This document shows positions 45,931-55,475 of a stretch of 64,000 nt of DNA, in pieces; the stretch's first letter is position 1, and each line of letters starts with the position of its first letter. Source of the stretch: an uncultured delta proteobacterium (GTDB taxonomy: Bacteria; Myxococcota_A; UBA9160; SMWR01). The position numbers and the translations under genes are program-made. The DNA lies in NCBI GenBank assembly GCA_963832165.1, contig CAWHTE010000003.1, positions 672,001 through 736,000 on the forward strand, given 5' to 3'. Below the pieces are notes generated by a model. The model saw only the letters and a program-made list of their open reading frames with translations. It made no database searches and was not told the origin of the DNA.

Positions 45931-47049
45931 GTGGATTTCGAGATCACTCCCGAGCAGCACGAGCTGGTCGACTCCGTCCGCGCCGTGCTCGAGCGCGAGG
46001 TTCCGACGGCGCTCGTGCGCGACATCATCGAGAACGAGTGCCACCCGGAGCAGCCGTGGAAGAGCGCCCGCGAGCTCGGCTGGGTCGCGATCGACCTGCC
46101 CGAGGAGCTCGGCGGTCTGGGTCTGGGATTCCACGAGCTCGGCCTGGTCGTCGAGCAGCACGGCCGCTTCATCGCGCCGGGGCCGTTCCTCGCGACCACT
46201 ACCCAGTTCACGCCGCTCGTTCGCGAAGCGGGGGACGCGCGCCAGCAGGAGCGTTTCGCCGGCGCGATTGCGTCCGGCGCGCTCACGGGCGCGCTCGCGA
46301 TCGATCACGGCCGCGCGGTCGAGCATGCGCTCGGGGATTCGCTGCGCGCGCGACGCGACGGCAACGCCTGGGTGCTCGAGGGTCGGCACGACTTCGTGCT
46401 CGACGGCGATTCCGCCGACGAGGTCGCCTTGGCCGCGCAAGTCGACACGGGCGACGGCGTGGGCTTGTTCGTGGTTCCGCAGGGCGCCGTGAAGGCGCAG
46501 CGCGTGGTGGCGCTCGACGCGAGCCGCCCGCTCGCGCACCTGCGCTTCGACGGGGTGCGCGTGGAGTCCGACCGCGTCCTCGGCACTCCCGGCGCGAGCG
46601 CGCACGCGTTCGGACGTGCGCTCGAGCAGGCCACCGTCGCCGCGGCGCTGGAATGCGTCGGCACCTGCCAGGCGTTGTTGGAGCGCACCATCGAGCACGC
46701 GAAGAGCCGGCATCAGTTCGACCGGCCGATCGGGTCGTTCCAGGCCGTGCAACACAAGTGTGCCGACATGTTCGTGCAGGTCGAGAAGGCGCGCGCCACG
46801 GGCTACTTCGCGATGATGGCGCTGGCCGAGGATGATCCGCGCCGCACGCTCGCGGCGTCGATGGCCAAGCTCGCGGCCAGCGACTGTCAGCGCCTCGTGT
46901 GCAGCGACGCGATCCAGATCCACGGAGGGATGGGCTTCACCTGGGAGAGCGACGTGCAGCTCTTCGTCAAGCGCGCGAAGACGCTCGAGGCGCTGTTCGG
47001 CACGGGCGCACAGCACCGCCGGCGCATCGCCGACTTGATCGGGATCTGA
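45931..47049 (+). CDS. Acyl-CoA dehydrogenase, short subunit of a heteromeric pair
   Basis: RHQFDRPIGSFQAVQH, QIHGGMGFTWE; lacks the SEPxxGSD motif. Confidence 0.9.
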   Translation: MDFEITPEQHELVDSVRAVLEREVPTALVRDIIENECHPEQPWKSARELGWVAIDLPEELGGLGLGFHELGLVVEQHGRFIAPGPFLATTTQFTPLVREAGDARQQERFAGAIASGALTGALAIDHGRAVEHALGDSLRARRDGNAWVLEGRHDFVLDGDSADEVALAAQVDTGDGVGLFVVPQGAVKAQRVVALDASRPLAHLRFDGVRVESDRVLGTPGASAHAFGRALEQATVAAALECVGTCQALLERTIEHAKSRHQFDRPIGSFQAVQHKCADMFVQVEKARATGYFAMMALAEDDPRRTLAASMAKLAASDCQRLVCSDAIQIHGGMGFTWESDVQLFVKRAKTLEALFGTGAQHRRRIADLIGI

Positions 47050-47050
47050 C

Positions 47051-48256
47051 GTGCACCTGCATTACGACGCCGAGACCGAGAAATTCCGCCGCGACCTCCG
47101 CGTATGGCTCGACGCGAATCGCCCGCGCCCCGAGGAGATGCGGGCCGAGCCCGCGACGAGCTCTGCGCATCTGACGGGTTGGTCGCGCCAGTGGCAGCGC
47201 AGGCTGTTCGAAGCGGGTCTGCTCGTGCCGGGTTGGCCGCCCGAGCTCGGGGGCCGCAACCTCCCGCCGGTTCAACAGCTCATCTATCACGAGGAGATGG
47301 CGAAGATCTCGATCGTGATCTCCACGAACCCGCAGGGGCTCGGGATCGTCGCGCCCTCGATCCGCGACTACGGCAGCGAGTTTCTGAAGCAGAAGTACCT
47401 GCTTCCCACGCTGCGCGCCGAGATCGCGTGGTGTCTGGGAATGAGCGAACCCGGCGCGGGCAGCGATCTCGCGGGACTCTCGACGCGCGCCGAGATTCAG
47501 GGCGACCACTTCGTCGTACACGGCCAGAAGGTATGGACGTCGGGGGCGCACCACTCCGATTACTGCTTGTGCTTCGTGCGCACGGATCCCGGCGCGCCCA
47601 AGCACCGCGGGATCAGCGTGCTGATCATCGACATGAAGGCGAAGGGTGTCACCACGCGTCCGCTGCCCGAGCTGACCGACCGCGACCACGCCGACTTCAA
47701 CGAGGTGTTCTTCGACGGTGTGCTCGTGCCGCGCGATCACCTGGTGGGTCCGCTGAACCAGGGCTGGTCGATCTCGGCGGGCTCGCTCGCGCACGAGCGC
47801 GGAATGGTGTGGCTCTCGAATGCCGCGCGCCTCGACGACATGCTCGACCAGCTGTTCAAGCTCGCGCAGACGCAGGGACCCGACGGCCGCCGCATCGGCG
47901 AGAGCGCGAGCTTTCGCGACGAGCTAGCGTCGATCTACCTCGACGCACAGGCGATGCGATTCATGGGCTATCGGGGCTTCGCGAAGTTCGCCAACGGGAA
48001 CATCGCGCCCGAGCACTCGCTGCTCAAGCTGTTCGGTTCCGAGATCGCTCAGCGCGCCGCGCGGCTCGCGACCGAGGCGCAAGGCGTGGATGCGCTCGAT
48101 TTCGACCTGCCGAGCCTTCCCTATCCCGACAGCCAGGAGCCCGTTCCCTGGATGAAGCGGTATCTCTTGACCTATGCCGCGACCATCTCGGCGGGTGCTT
48201 CCGAAATCCAGCGCAACATCATCGCGGAGCGGATCCTGGGCATGCCGCGCCGCTAG
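47051..48256 (+). CDS. Acyl-CoA dehydrogenase, catalytic subunit
   Basis: MSEPGAGSDLA, GQKVWTS, LAHER, TISAGASEIQRNIIAERILGMPR. Confidence 0.93.
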   Translation: MHLHYDAETEKFRRDLRVWLDANRPRPEEMRAEPATSSAHLTGWSRQWQRRLFEAGLLVPGWPPELGGRNLPPVQQLIYHEEMAKISIVISTNPQGLGIVAPSIRDYGSEFLKQKYLLPTLRAEIAWCLGMSEPGAGSDLAGLSTRAEIQGDHFVVHGQKVWTSGAHHSDYCLCFVRTDPGAPKHRGISVLIIDMKAKGVTTRPLPELTDRDHADFNEVFFDGVLVPRDHLVGPLNQGWSISAGSLAHERGMVWLSNAARLDDMLDQLFKLAQTQGPDGRRIGESASFRDELASIYLDAQAMRFMGYRGFAKFANGNIAPEHSLLKLFGSEIAQRAARLATEAQGVDALDFDLPSLPYPDSQEPVPWMKRYLLTYAATISAGASEIQRNIIAERILGMPRR

Positions 48257-48294
48257 TCGAGTTCACGAACGGGCGTCGTCCCGAGGAGCGAATC

Positions 48295-49695
48295 ATGAAG
48301 ATGGAAGACATGATCCTGGTGAGCGTGGACGATCACGTCTGCGAGCCGCCCGATATGTGGGAGCGGCACGTGCCCGCGAAGTGGAAGGACCGCGCGCCGC
48401 GGCTCGTGCACAAGCAGGACGGATCGGACGTCTGGGTGTTCGAGGGCGCGCAGATTCCCAACGTGGGGCTCAACGCCGTCGCGGGCCGCGCACCCGAGGA
48501 GTACGGGATGGAGCCGACCGCGCTCTCGCAGCTGCGCCCGGGCTGCTTCGACATCGACGCGCGGATCGGCGACATGAACGCGAACGGCGTGCTCGGCTCG
48601 CTGTGCTTCCCGTCGGTGCCCGGATTCGTGGGCGAGCTGTTCGGGCGCGAGGCCAAGAAGGGCGAGCGCGAGCTCGCGATCACGATGCTGCGCGCCTACA
48701 ACGATTGGCACATCGACGACTGGTGCGGGAAGTACCCGGGCCGCTTCGTGCCGCTCGCGATTCCCCCGATCTGGGACGTCGAGGAGATGGCCCGCGAGGT
48801 GCGGCGCGTGGCGAAGAAGGGCTGCCACGCGATCACGTTCGCCGACACGCCGGGGGGCCTCGGCTATCCGAGTCTGCACAACGCGCACTGGGACCCGTTC
48901 TGGAAGGCGTGCGCGGACGAGGGCACGGTGGTGTGCATCCACATCGGCTCGGGCACCGGCATGAATCTGCAGGACCCCGACGCACCGGTCGAGATCATGA
49001 TCTCGTCGACGCCGATCTCGCTGTTCGGCTGCGCCACGGAGCTCGTGTTCTCCGACATCTTCACGAAGTTCCCGACGCTCAAGATCGCCCTCTCGGAGGG
49101 CGGGATCGGCTGGATTCCGTACTTCCTCGAGCGGATCGACTATGTGCACGATCACCATCACCACTGGACGCTCCATAACTTCCCGGGCGGCAAGCGCCCG
49201 AGCGACGTGTTCCGCGAGCACGTGCTCGGCTGCTTCATCGACGACGCGGCGGGGGTGCGCAACCGCGACCTGATCGGCATCGACAACATCTCGTGGGAGT
49301 GCGACTACCCGCACTCGGATACGACGTGGCCGCACGCTCCGGAGCGGCTGTGGAAGTCGCTGGCGGGCGTGTCGGATGCGGACATCCACAAGATCACGTG
49401 GCAGAACGTGATGAAGTGGTTCCAGTACGACCCGTTCCAGCATCTTCCGAAGGAGGGGTGCACGGTCGGAGCGCTGCGCGCACAGGCGAAGGACGTCGAC
49501 CTCACGATGCGGCGCGGCGGCGGGGGCAAGCAGCCGTCCGACTACGCGCGCGGCTATGCCACGATCGGCGACATCATGAAGCAGATCGCGGGCGCCTTCT
49601 CGACCGGCTTCGACAAGGAGGGCCACGGCGCGGTCCCGGATGCCCTCGCACAGGTCCAGCAGCAGAAGGGCCGGCCGGCCAACGTGAGCAAATAG
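48295..49695 (+). CDS. Amidohydrolase_2 family protein
   Basis: SVDDHVCEP, AYNDWHIDDWC, WECDYPHSD. Confidence 0.92.
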   Translation: MKMEDMILVSVDDHVCEPPDMWERHVPAKWKDRAPRLVHKQDGSDVWVFEGAQIPNVGLNAVAGRAPEEYGMEPTALSQLRPGCFDIDARIGDMNANGVLGSLCFPSVPGFVGELFGREAKKGERELAITMLRAYNDWHIDDWCGKYPGRFVPLAIPPIWDVEEMAREVRRVAKKGCHAITFADTPGGLGYPSLHNAHWDPFWKACADEGTVVCIHIGSGTGMNLQDPDAPVEIMISSTPISLFGCATELVFSDIFTKFPTLKIALSEGGIGWIPYFLERIDYVHDHHHHWTLHNFPGGKRPSDVFREHVLGCFIDDAAGVRNRDLIGIDNISWECDYPHSDTTWPHAPERLWKSLAGVSDADIHKITWQNVMKWFQYDPFQHLPKEGCTVGALRAQAKDVDLTMRRGGGGKQPSDYARGYATIGDIMKQIAGAFSTGFDKEGHGAVPDALAQVQQQKGRPANVSK

Positions 49696-49697
49696 GG

Positions 49698-50120
49698 ATG
49701 GCGCGAGTTCCTGTCGCCGACCACATCTTCACGTGGCCGTCCGACGATCCCCGCTTGATCGGGAGTCGATGCGGCGCGTGCAGCATCGTCACGTTTCCCT
49801 CACAGGACTCGTGTCCGCGCTGCGCGTCCACCGACATGCAACCGCATCTGCTCGAGCGGCGCGGGAGGCTATGGGCGTGGACCACGCAGCACTTCCCGCC
49901 GCCGTCGCCTCCGTACGCGGGTCCCAAGGGTGAAGCCTTCGTCCCGTTCGGCATCGGCTACATCGAGCTCCCGGGCGAGGTGAAGGTCGAGGCGCGCTTG
50001 ACCGAGGCCGACCCGGAGCGGCTTCGGGAGGGCATGGACATGGAGCTCGCGATCGTCCCGTTCTCGACCGACGACAAGGGAAACGAGATCGTGACCTTCG
50101 CATTCCGGCCGGTCGCCTGA
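49698..50120 (+). CDS. DUF35 Zn-ribbon/OB-fold protein
   Basis: LIGSRCGAC...CPRC...GRLWAWT...TFAFRP. Confidence 0.9.
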   Translation: MARVPVADHIFTWPSDDPRLIGSRCGACSIVTFPSQDSCPRCASTDMQPHLLERRGRLWAWTTQHFPPPSPPYAGPKGEAFVPFGIGYIELPGEVKVEARLTEADPERLREGMDMELAIVPFSTDDKGNEIVTFAFRPVA

Positions 50121-50152
50121 GCGCCGACGAACACGAGAGAGAGAAGACACCC

Positions 50153-51295
50153 ATGGACGTGGCCATCGTAGGGGTCGGTCTGCACCCGTTCGGGCGCTTC
50201 GCAGGCGTCTCGGCAATCGAGATGGGCGCCATCGCGATCCGCCGCGCGCTCGCGGATGCGGGCGTCGAGTGGCGGCAGATCCAGTTCGCATTCGGCGGCA
50301 GCTACGAGGTCGACAATCCCGATGCCGTCGTGGCGCTGCTGGGTCTCACGGGCATCCCGTTCACCGACGTCTACAACGGCTGTGCCACGGCGGCGAGCGC
50401 GCTCACGATGGCCGCGAACACGATCCGGCTCGGCGATCACGAGCTCGGCATCGCCGTCGGCATGGACAAGCATCTTCCGGGAGCGTTCAGCGCCGATCCG
50501 CGATCGTACGCGTGTCCATCGTGGTACGGCGAGGTCGGGCACTTCATCACCACGAAGTTCTTCGGGATGAAGATCAACAAGTACATGCGCGATCACGGGA
50601 TCTCGCACGCGACGCTCGCGAAGGTCGCGGCCAAGGGCTATCGCAACGGCGCACTCAATCCGAACGCGTTCCGGCGCAAGCCGATCTCCGAAGAAGAGAT
50701 CCTCGCGTCGCCGATGCTGAACTACCCGCTGCGGCAGTACATGTTCTGCAGCCCCGACGAAGGGGCGGCTGCGGTGGTGCTGTGTCGGGCGGAGCACGCG
50801 CGTCGCTACACCGACAAGCCGATCTACCTGCGCGCCACGACGGTCCGCACGCGGCGGCTCGGCGCATTCGAGGTGCACAGCCCGTGGCTCCCGATCGAGG
50901 AGACGCCCGGTGCGACCGTCGATGCGTCGCGCGCCGCGTACGAGATGGCCGGGATCGGCCCCGAAGACGTCGACGTGATCCAGCTCCAGGACACCGACGC
51001 CGGAGCCGAAGTGATCCACCTCGCGGAGAACGGCTTCTGCGCGGATGGCGATCAGGAGAAGCTCATCGCCGACGGGGAGACCGAGATCGGTGGACGGCTG
51101 CCCGTGAACACCGACGGCGGGCTGCTCGCGAACGGCGAGCCGATCGGCGCGTCGGGTCTGCGTCAGGTTCACGAAGTGGTGCTGCAGCTGCGGGGTCAGG
51201 CGGGGAATCGGCAGGTCCCCGGCGATCCGAAGGTCGGATACACGCAGCTCTACGGCGCGCCCGGCACGGCCGGCGTGTCGATCCTCTCCGTCTGA
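50153..51295 (+). CDS. SCP2-type thiolase family protein
   Basis: NGCAT (nucleophile Cys present), QLQDTD, NGEPIGASG. Confidence 0.9.
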   Translation: MDVAIVGVGLHPFGRFAGVSAIEMGAIAIRRALADAGVEWRQIQFAFGGSYEVDNPDAVVALLGLTGIPFTDVYNGCATAASALTMAANTIRLGDHELGIAVGMDKHLPGAFSADPRSYACPSWYGEVGHFITTKFFGMKINKYMRDHGISHATLAKVAAKGYRNGALNPNAFRRKPISEEEILASPMLNYPLRQYMFCSPDEGAAAVVLCRAEHARRYTDKPIYLRATTVRTRRLGAFEVHSPWLPIEETPGATVDASRAAYEMAGIGPEDVDVIQLQDTDAGAEVIHLAENGFCADGDQEKLIADGETEIGGRLPVNTDGGLLANGEPIGASGLRQVHEVVLQLRGQAGNRQVPGDPKVGYTQLYGAPGTAGVSILSV

Positions 51296-51305
51296 CGCGC
51301 GCCGA

Positions 51306-52931
51306 CTAGCTCCCGTCGCGGCGCAGCAGCAGGACACTCGACGGCGTTCCGCCGCCCGAGGTGACCACCGCCGTTCTCGCGCCCGCGACTTGACGGTCCC
51401 CGGCTTCGCCGCGGAGCTGCGCGATCGCTTCGTAGATGAAGCCGAATCCGTGCGTGCGGCCCTCGGAGAGCTGGCCGCCGTGCGGATTCACGGGCACGTC
51501 GCCGCCGAGCGCGATGCGCCGGCCCTTGTCGAGCCAGTCCATCGCTTCGCCGAAGCCACAGAAGCCCAGCGCTTCGATCCAGGAGATCGCGTTGAACGTG
51601 AAGCCGTCGTACACGAGTGCGACATCGACGTCGGCGGGCCGCAGGCTCGTCCTCGTCCACACGTGCGCTGCCGGGCCGATCACCTGCGGCTCGTGCGTGA
51701 GCGTGTCCTGATCCCACGAAACGCGCTCGGTGATCTGGGTGCCCACGGCCTCGACGCGGATCGCGGGCCTGGGCAGGTCGCGCGCGACGGACGCGTCGGA
51801 CACGATCACGGCGATCGAAGCATCGCAGGGCACGTCGCAGTCGAACAAGCCGAACGGGCTCGTGATCGGGCGCGCGGACAGGTAGTCGTCCATCGTCATC
51901 GGATCGCGGTAGATCGCCACGGGATTGCGAGCTGCGTTCGCGCGCGCGTTCAGCGCGATCCATCCGAGCATCTCCCGGGTCGCTCCATAGCGATGCAGAT
52001 AGTGGTTGGCATTCATCGCGATCCAGTTCGCCGCCGACATCGCGCCGAACGGAGCGCGCCACTCGAGCAGCGGACCGGATACCCGCCCGCCGCCGCGCGC
52101 GAGCCGGAGCGCCGCGAACGTCGACTCCCACACCGTGCGGAAGCAGAGGACGTGGCGGCAAAACCCACTCGCTACGGCGAGCATCGCCTGGATGAGTGCT
52201 CCGCCGGGTCCCGGGAGATCGCCTCCGCCGTTGATCCAGGTCGGGCGCAGCCGCAGTGCTTCCTCGACCGCGGTTACACCGCCCTCGCTCATGCCCATCC
52301 CGACCATGCCGGGATAGGTGGACAATCCGTCGATGTCGTCGAGCGTGAGGCCCGCGTCGCCGACGGCCTGCATGCACGCATCGACCGCGAGCGACAGCGG
52401 ATCCACCATGAGCCGGCGCCCGATCGCGGACCGCCCGATGCCCGAGAGCACGACGCGATGCTCGAAGCGGTCGCTGCTCACGGGCGGACGCACGGTGGGG
52501 CGCTGCGGTTCGGGGATTCGCTGCGTGGTGTCGATCGCGCCGGTCGGCTCGAACAGCGGAATCCAGACGTCCTCGTGCTGCTCGAAGCGCACGGTCACTT
52601 CCTGGCCGATGCGCACGTCGTCGGGGTCGCAGCCGACGATGTTGGTCGTGAGGCGGACGGCCGGATCCTCCGCGAGCGCCACGACCGCGATCGCGTAGGG
52701 CGGATCGAACGACGGCAGCCACTTGTGGCGGTTGATCGTGAACGCGACGACGGTGCCGCGGCCCGACACGACCGTCGGCGTCCAACCGCGGCTCCGACAC
52801 GCGGGGCACACGGGAGTCGGCGGGTGGACTAGCGTCTTGCATTCGTCGCACTCGCGGATCCGGAGCTGGCCGTCCGCGCCCGAGGTCCAGAACCACTGGT
52901 TCATCGGGGTGAGCTCGGGCAGCGGTCGCAC
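51306..52931 (-). CDS. DUF35-thiolase (Ltp2-like) fusion protein
   Basis: Purine-rich RBS + GTG; CDEC/CPAC OB-fold, then thiolase fold (FDCDVPCD, YDGFT, GGQLSEGRTHG). Confidence 0.88.
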   Translation of the reverse strand: MRPLPELTPMNQWFWTSGADGQLRIRECDECKTLVHPPTPVCPACRSRGWTPTVVSGRGTVVAFTINRHKWLPSFDPPYAIAVVALAEDPAVRLTTNIVGCDPDDVRIGQEVTVRFEQHEDVWIPLFEPTGAIDTTQRIPEPQRPTVRPPVSSDRFEHRVVLSGIGRSAIGRRLMVDPLSLAVDACMQAVGDAGLTLDDIDGLSTYPGMVGMGMSEGGVTAVEEALRLRPTWINGGGDLPGPGGALIQAMLAVASGFCRHVLCFRTVWESTFAALRLARGGGRVSGPLLEWRAPFGAMSAANWIAMNANHYLHRYGATREMLGWIALNARANAARNPVAIYRDPMTMDDYLSARPITSPFGLFDCDVPCDASIAVIVSDASVARDLPRPAIRVEAVGTQITERVSWDQDTLTHEPQVIGPAAHVWTRTSLRPADVDVALVYDGFTFNAISWIEALGFCGFGEAMDWLDKGRRIALGGDVPVNPHGGQLSEGRTHGFGFIYEAIAQLRGEAGDRQVAGARTAVVTSGGGTPSSVLLLRRDGS

Positions 52932-52972
52932 CGGGTCCTCCTCGGAGCTGCCGACGGTTCGAAGCACGTATC

Positions 52973-53027
52973 TTCTACGAATTTGGAAGTGCAATTCTAC
53001 GCACGCGAGAGTAAGCTTGGCAACCCG
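52973..53027 (-). promoter_or_regulatory. Promoter/operator cassette A, copy 2
   Basis: Minus strand TTGCCA-18-TAGAAT with near-palindrome GAATTGCACTTC; matches 45825-45879. Confidence 0.8.
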
Positions 53028-53039
53028 GAGGGGCGCGAA

Positions 53040-55448
53040 GTGCTCGAGGGGCTGCGGGTTCTGGATCTCACCGACGAGTCGGGCTGGCTCGCCGGCAAGA
53101 TCCTCGGCGACATGGGCGCGGATGTGATCAAAGTCGAGCCGCCCGGGGGTGACCTCGCGGGGCGGCGCGCGCCGTATTGGGGTGGGATCGCCGATCCGGA
53201 ACGCAGTCTGGCCTGGCTGGCGCTGAACACGAGCAAACGCGGCATCCAGCTCGATCTCGCCCGCGAACGCGAGACGTTCTCGGCGCTCGTTCGTCAGAGC
53301 GACGTGCTGCTCGAGACTGCTGCGCCCGGCGAGCTCGCGGCGCTCGGACTCGACTACTCCGTTCTGTGTCAGGAGAACCCGCGCCTGGTGCACTGCGCGA
53401 TCACTCCCTTCGGGCAGACGGGGCCGCGCGCGCACTGGCGCGGCGGGGATCTGATCGCTGTCGCGATGGGCGGAAATCTCGCGCTGACGGGCGATCCCGA
53501 CCGCGCGCCCGTGCGCTGCAGCATGCCCGCCGCGTGGTACCACGGCGCGGCCGAGGCTGCGGCCGGTGTGCTCATGGCGCTCTACGCGCGCGACGACACC
53601 GGACGCGGACAGCTCGTCGACGTCTCGCTGCAGGAGACGCAACTGCGCACGGTGCTCACGATGTTCGGCCAGGTGCGCGGCGGCGCGCCCGCGTGGCGGC
53701 GTACCGGACCCATGATGGGCCGCACGCGCGAGATCTGGGCCGCCAAAGACGGCGACGTGAGCTTCGGGCTGCGCGGCGGCCCCGCGCGCATCCCCAACCT
53801 CAAGGCCACCGTCGCGTACATGGACGAGTGCGGCATGGCACCGCCGTGGCTGCGCGACTACGACTGGGAAGCGTACGACTACGCGAAGCTCTCCGACGCC
53901 GAGATCGCACGGCTCGAGGGAGCGTTCGGCGCGTTCTTCGCGAGCCGCAGCATGCGCGAGCTGTTCGCACAGGCGCTCGAGCGCCGGATCCTTCTGGCGC
54001 CCTGCAACGACGCGCGCGAGATCGTCGAGCACGAGCAGCTTCGCAGCCGTGACCTCTTCGTCCAGATCGACTACCCGCATCTCGGCGCATCGATCGAGCA
54101 CCCGGGCTTCTTCGCGAAGGTCCGGAACGGCCGCATCGCGCTGCGCCGCCGCGCGCCGCGCAGCGGCGAGCACGACGCCGAGGTACGCGCCGAGCTCGGG
54201 CGCCCGATGGCTGCGAGCAGCCCCGCGCGCGACGCGGCGGAGCCGCGGCGCGAGATCTTCGCGGGCTTGCGCGTGCTCGAGGTCGGCTCGGGCGCGGCGG
54301 GGCCCGTCGCGACCAGCTATCTCGCCGAGCACGGCGCGCAGGTGATCCGGATCGAATCGCGCGAGCGGCCCGACTTCCTTCGCACGCTGAACCCGCACCC
54401 CGTGCACGGCCTCGACGGCGTTCCCATGTTCATCCTGCTCAACGGCAACAAGCAGACCGTCACGCTCAACTTGAAGCATCCCGACGGCCTGCGACTGGCC
54501 GAGCAGCTCGTGAAGTGGGCCGACGTGATCTGCGAGAACTACGCGGCCGGCGTGCTCGAGCGGCTCGGACTCGGTCACGAGCGCGTGCGCGAGCTGAATC
54601 CGCGCGCGGTGATGGCCAGCGGTTGCCTGTTCGGCCAGACCGGTCCGCAGCGCAACTATCCGGGCTTCGGAGGGCAGGGCTCCGCGATCTCGGGCTTCAA
54701 CCACCTGACCGGCTGGCCCGACGGAATGGGCTACGGGCCGGCCGGCACGATCACCGACTCGTTGGCGCCGCGCTATCTCGCCGCCGCCATCATCGGCGCG
54801 CTCTGGCGTCGCCGGCGCACGGGCGAGGGCGAGTCGATCGACTGCTCGCAGATCGAGACGGCGGTGTACAGCCTCTCGGAGGTGGTTGCGCGCTTCTCCG
54901 CCAACGGCGAGGTCCAGGGCCGGAGCGGCAACCACAGCGAGCACTGCGCACCCCACTCCGTGTATCCCGCGAGCGGCGAAGATCGCTGGATCGCGATCGC
55001 GTGCCCGACGGACGGCGACTGGCAGCGGCTCGTCGCGGAGATGGGAGCGCCCGAATGGGCGCGCGACGCGCGTTTTGCGCACGGCGCAGGGCGCCTCGCG
55101 CATCAGGCCGAGCTCGACGCGCGGATCTCGGAATGGACGCGCGGTTTCGAGCGCGTGGCGCTGGCCGAGCGGCTCCAGTCCGCGGGCGTGCAGGCCGCAC
55201 CGGTACAGGATGCGCGCGACCTGGCGGCGGATCCGCAGCTCGCGCATCGCGAGCATTTCGTGTGCCTCGAGCACGCCCATCTCGGCGAGATGTGGTTCGA
55301 GCGCTCGGGCATGCGTTTCTCGGAGGGCTCCGGGGGGCTGCACTCGCCGGGACCCAACCTGGGCGAGCACAATCATGAGATCCTGGGCGGCCTGCTGGGG
55401 CTCTCCGACGAGCGCATCGCCGAGCTCGTCGCAGCCCGGGCCGTCTGA
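53040..55448 (+). CDS. Tandem two-domain class III CoA-transferase (CaiB/BaiF)
   Basis: Two repeats: LEGLRVLDL..GADVIKVE..NTSKR and AGLRVLEV..GAQVIRIE..NGNK; ends PNLGEHN. Confidence 0.92.
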   Translation: MLEGLRVLDLTDESGWLAGKILGDMGADVIKVEPPGGDLAGRRAPYWGGIADPERSLAWLALNTSKRGIQLDLARERETFSALVRQSDVLLETAAPGELAALGLDYSVLCQENPRLVHCAITPFGQTGPRAHWRGGDLIAVAMGGNLALTGDPDRAPVRCSMPAAWYHGAAEAAAGVLMALYARDDTGRGQLVDVSLQETQLRTVLTMFGQVRGGAPAWRRTGPMMGRTREIWAAKDGDVSFGLRGGPARIPNLKATVAYMDECGMAPPWLRDYDWEAYDYAKLSDAEIARLEGAFGAFFASRSMRELFAQALERRILLAPCNDAREIVEHEQLRSRDLFVQIDYPHLGASIEHPGFFAKVRNGRIALRRRAPRSGEHDAEVRAELGRPMAASSPARDAAEPRREIFAGLRVLEVGSGAAGPVATSYLAEHGAQVIRIESRERPDFLRTLNPHPVHGLDGVPMFILLNGNKQTVTLNLKHPDGLRLAEQLVKWADVICENYAAGVLERLGLGHERVRELNPRAVMASGCLFGQTGPQRNYPGFGGQGSAISGFNHLTGWPDGMGYGPAGTITDSLAPRYLAAAIIGALWRRRRTGEGESIDCSQIETAVYSLSEVVARFSANGEVQGRSGNHSEHCAPHSVYPASGEDRWIAIACPTDGDWQRLVAEMGAPEWARDARFAHGAGRLAHQAELDARISEWTRGFERVALAERLQSAGVQAAPVQDARDLAADPQLAHREHFVCLEHAHLGEMWFERSGMRFSEGSGGLHSPGPNLGEHNHEILGGLLGLSDERIAELVAARAV

Positions 55449-55475
55449 ACCGAATCGACTCGAGGAGAAACCACC

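Noticed and set aside
47104..49695. 863-aa and similar N-terminally extended ORFs (also 33314-35320, 35363-37045)
   Set aside because: The extensions are alternative frames of upstream genes; true starts with RBS lie downstream.
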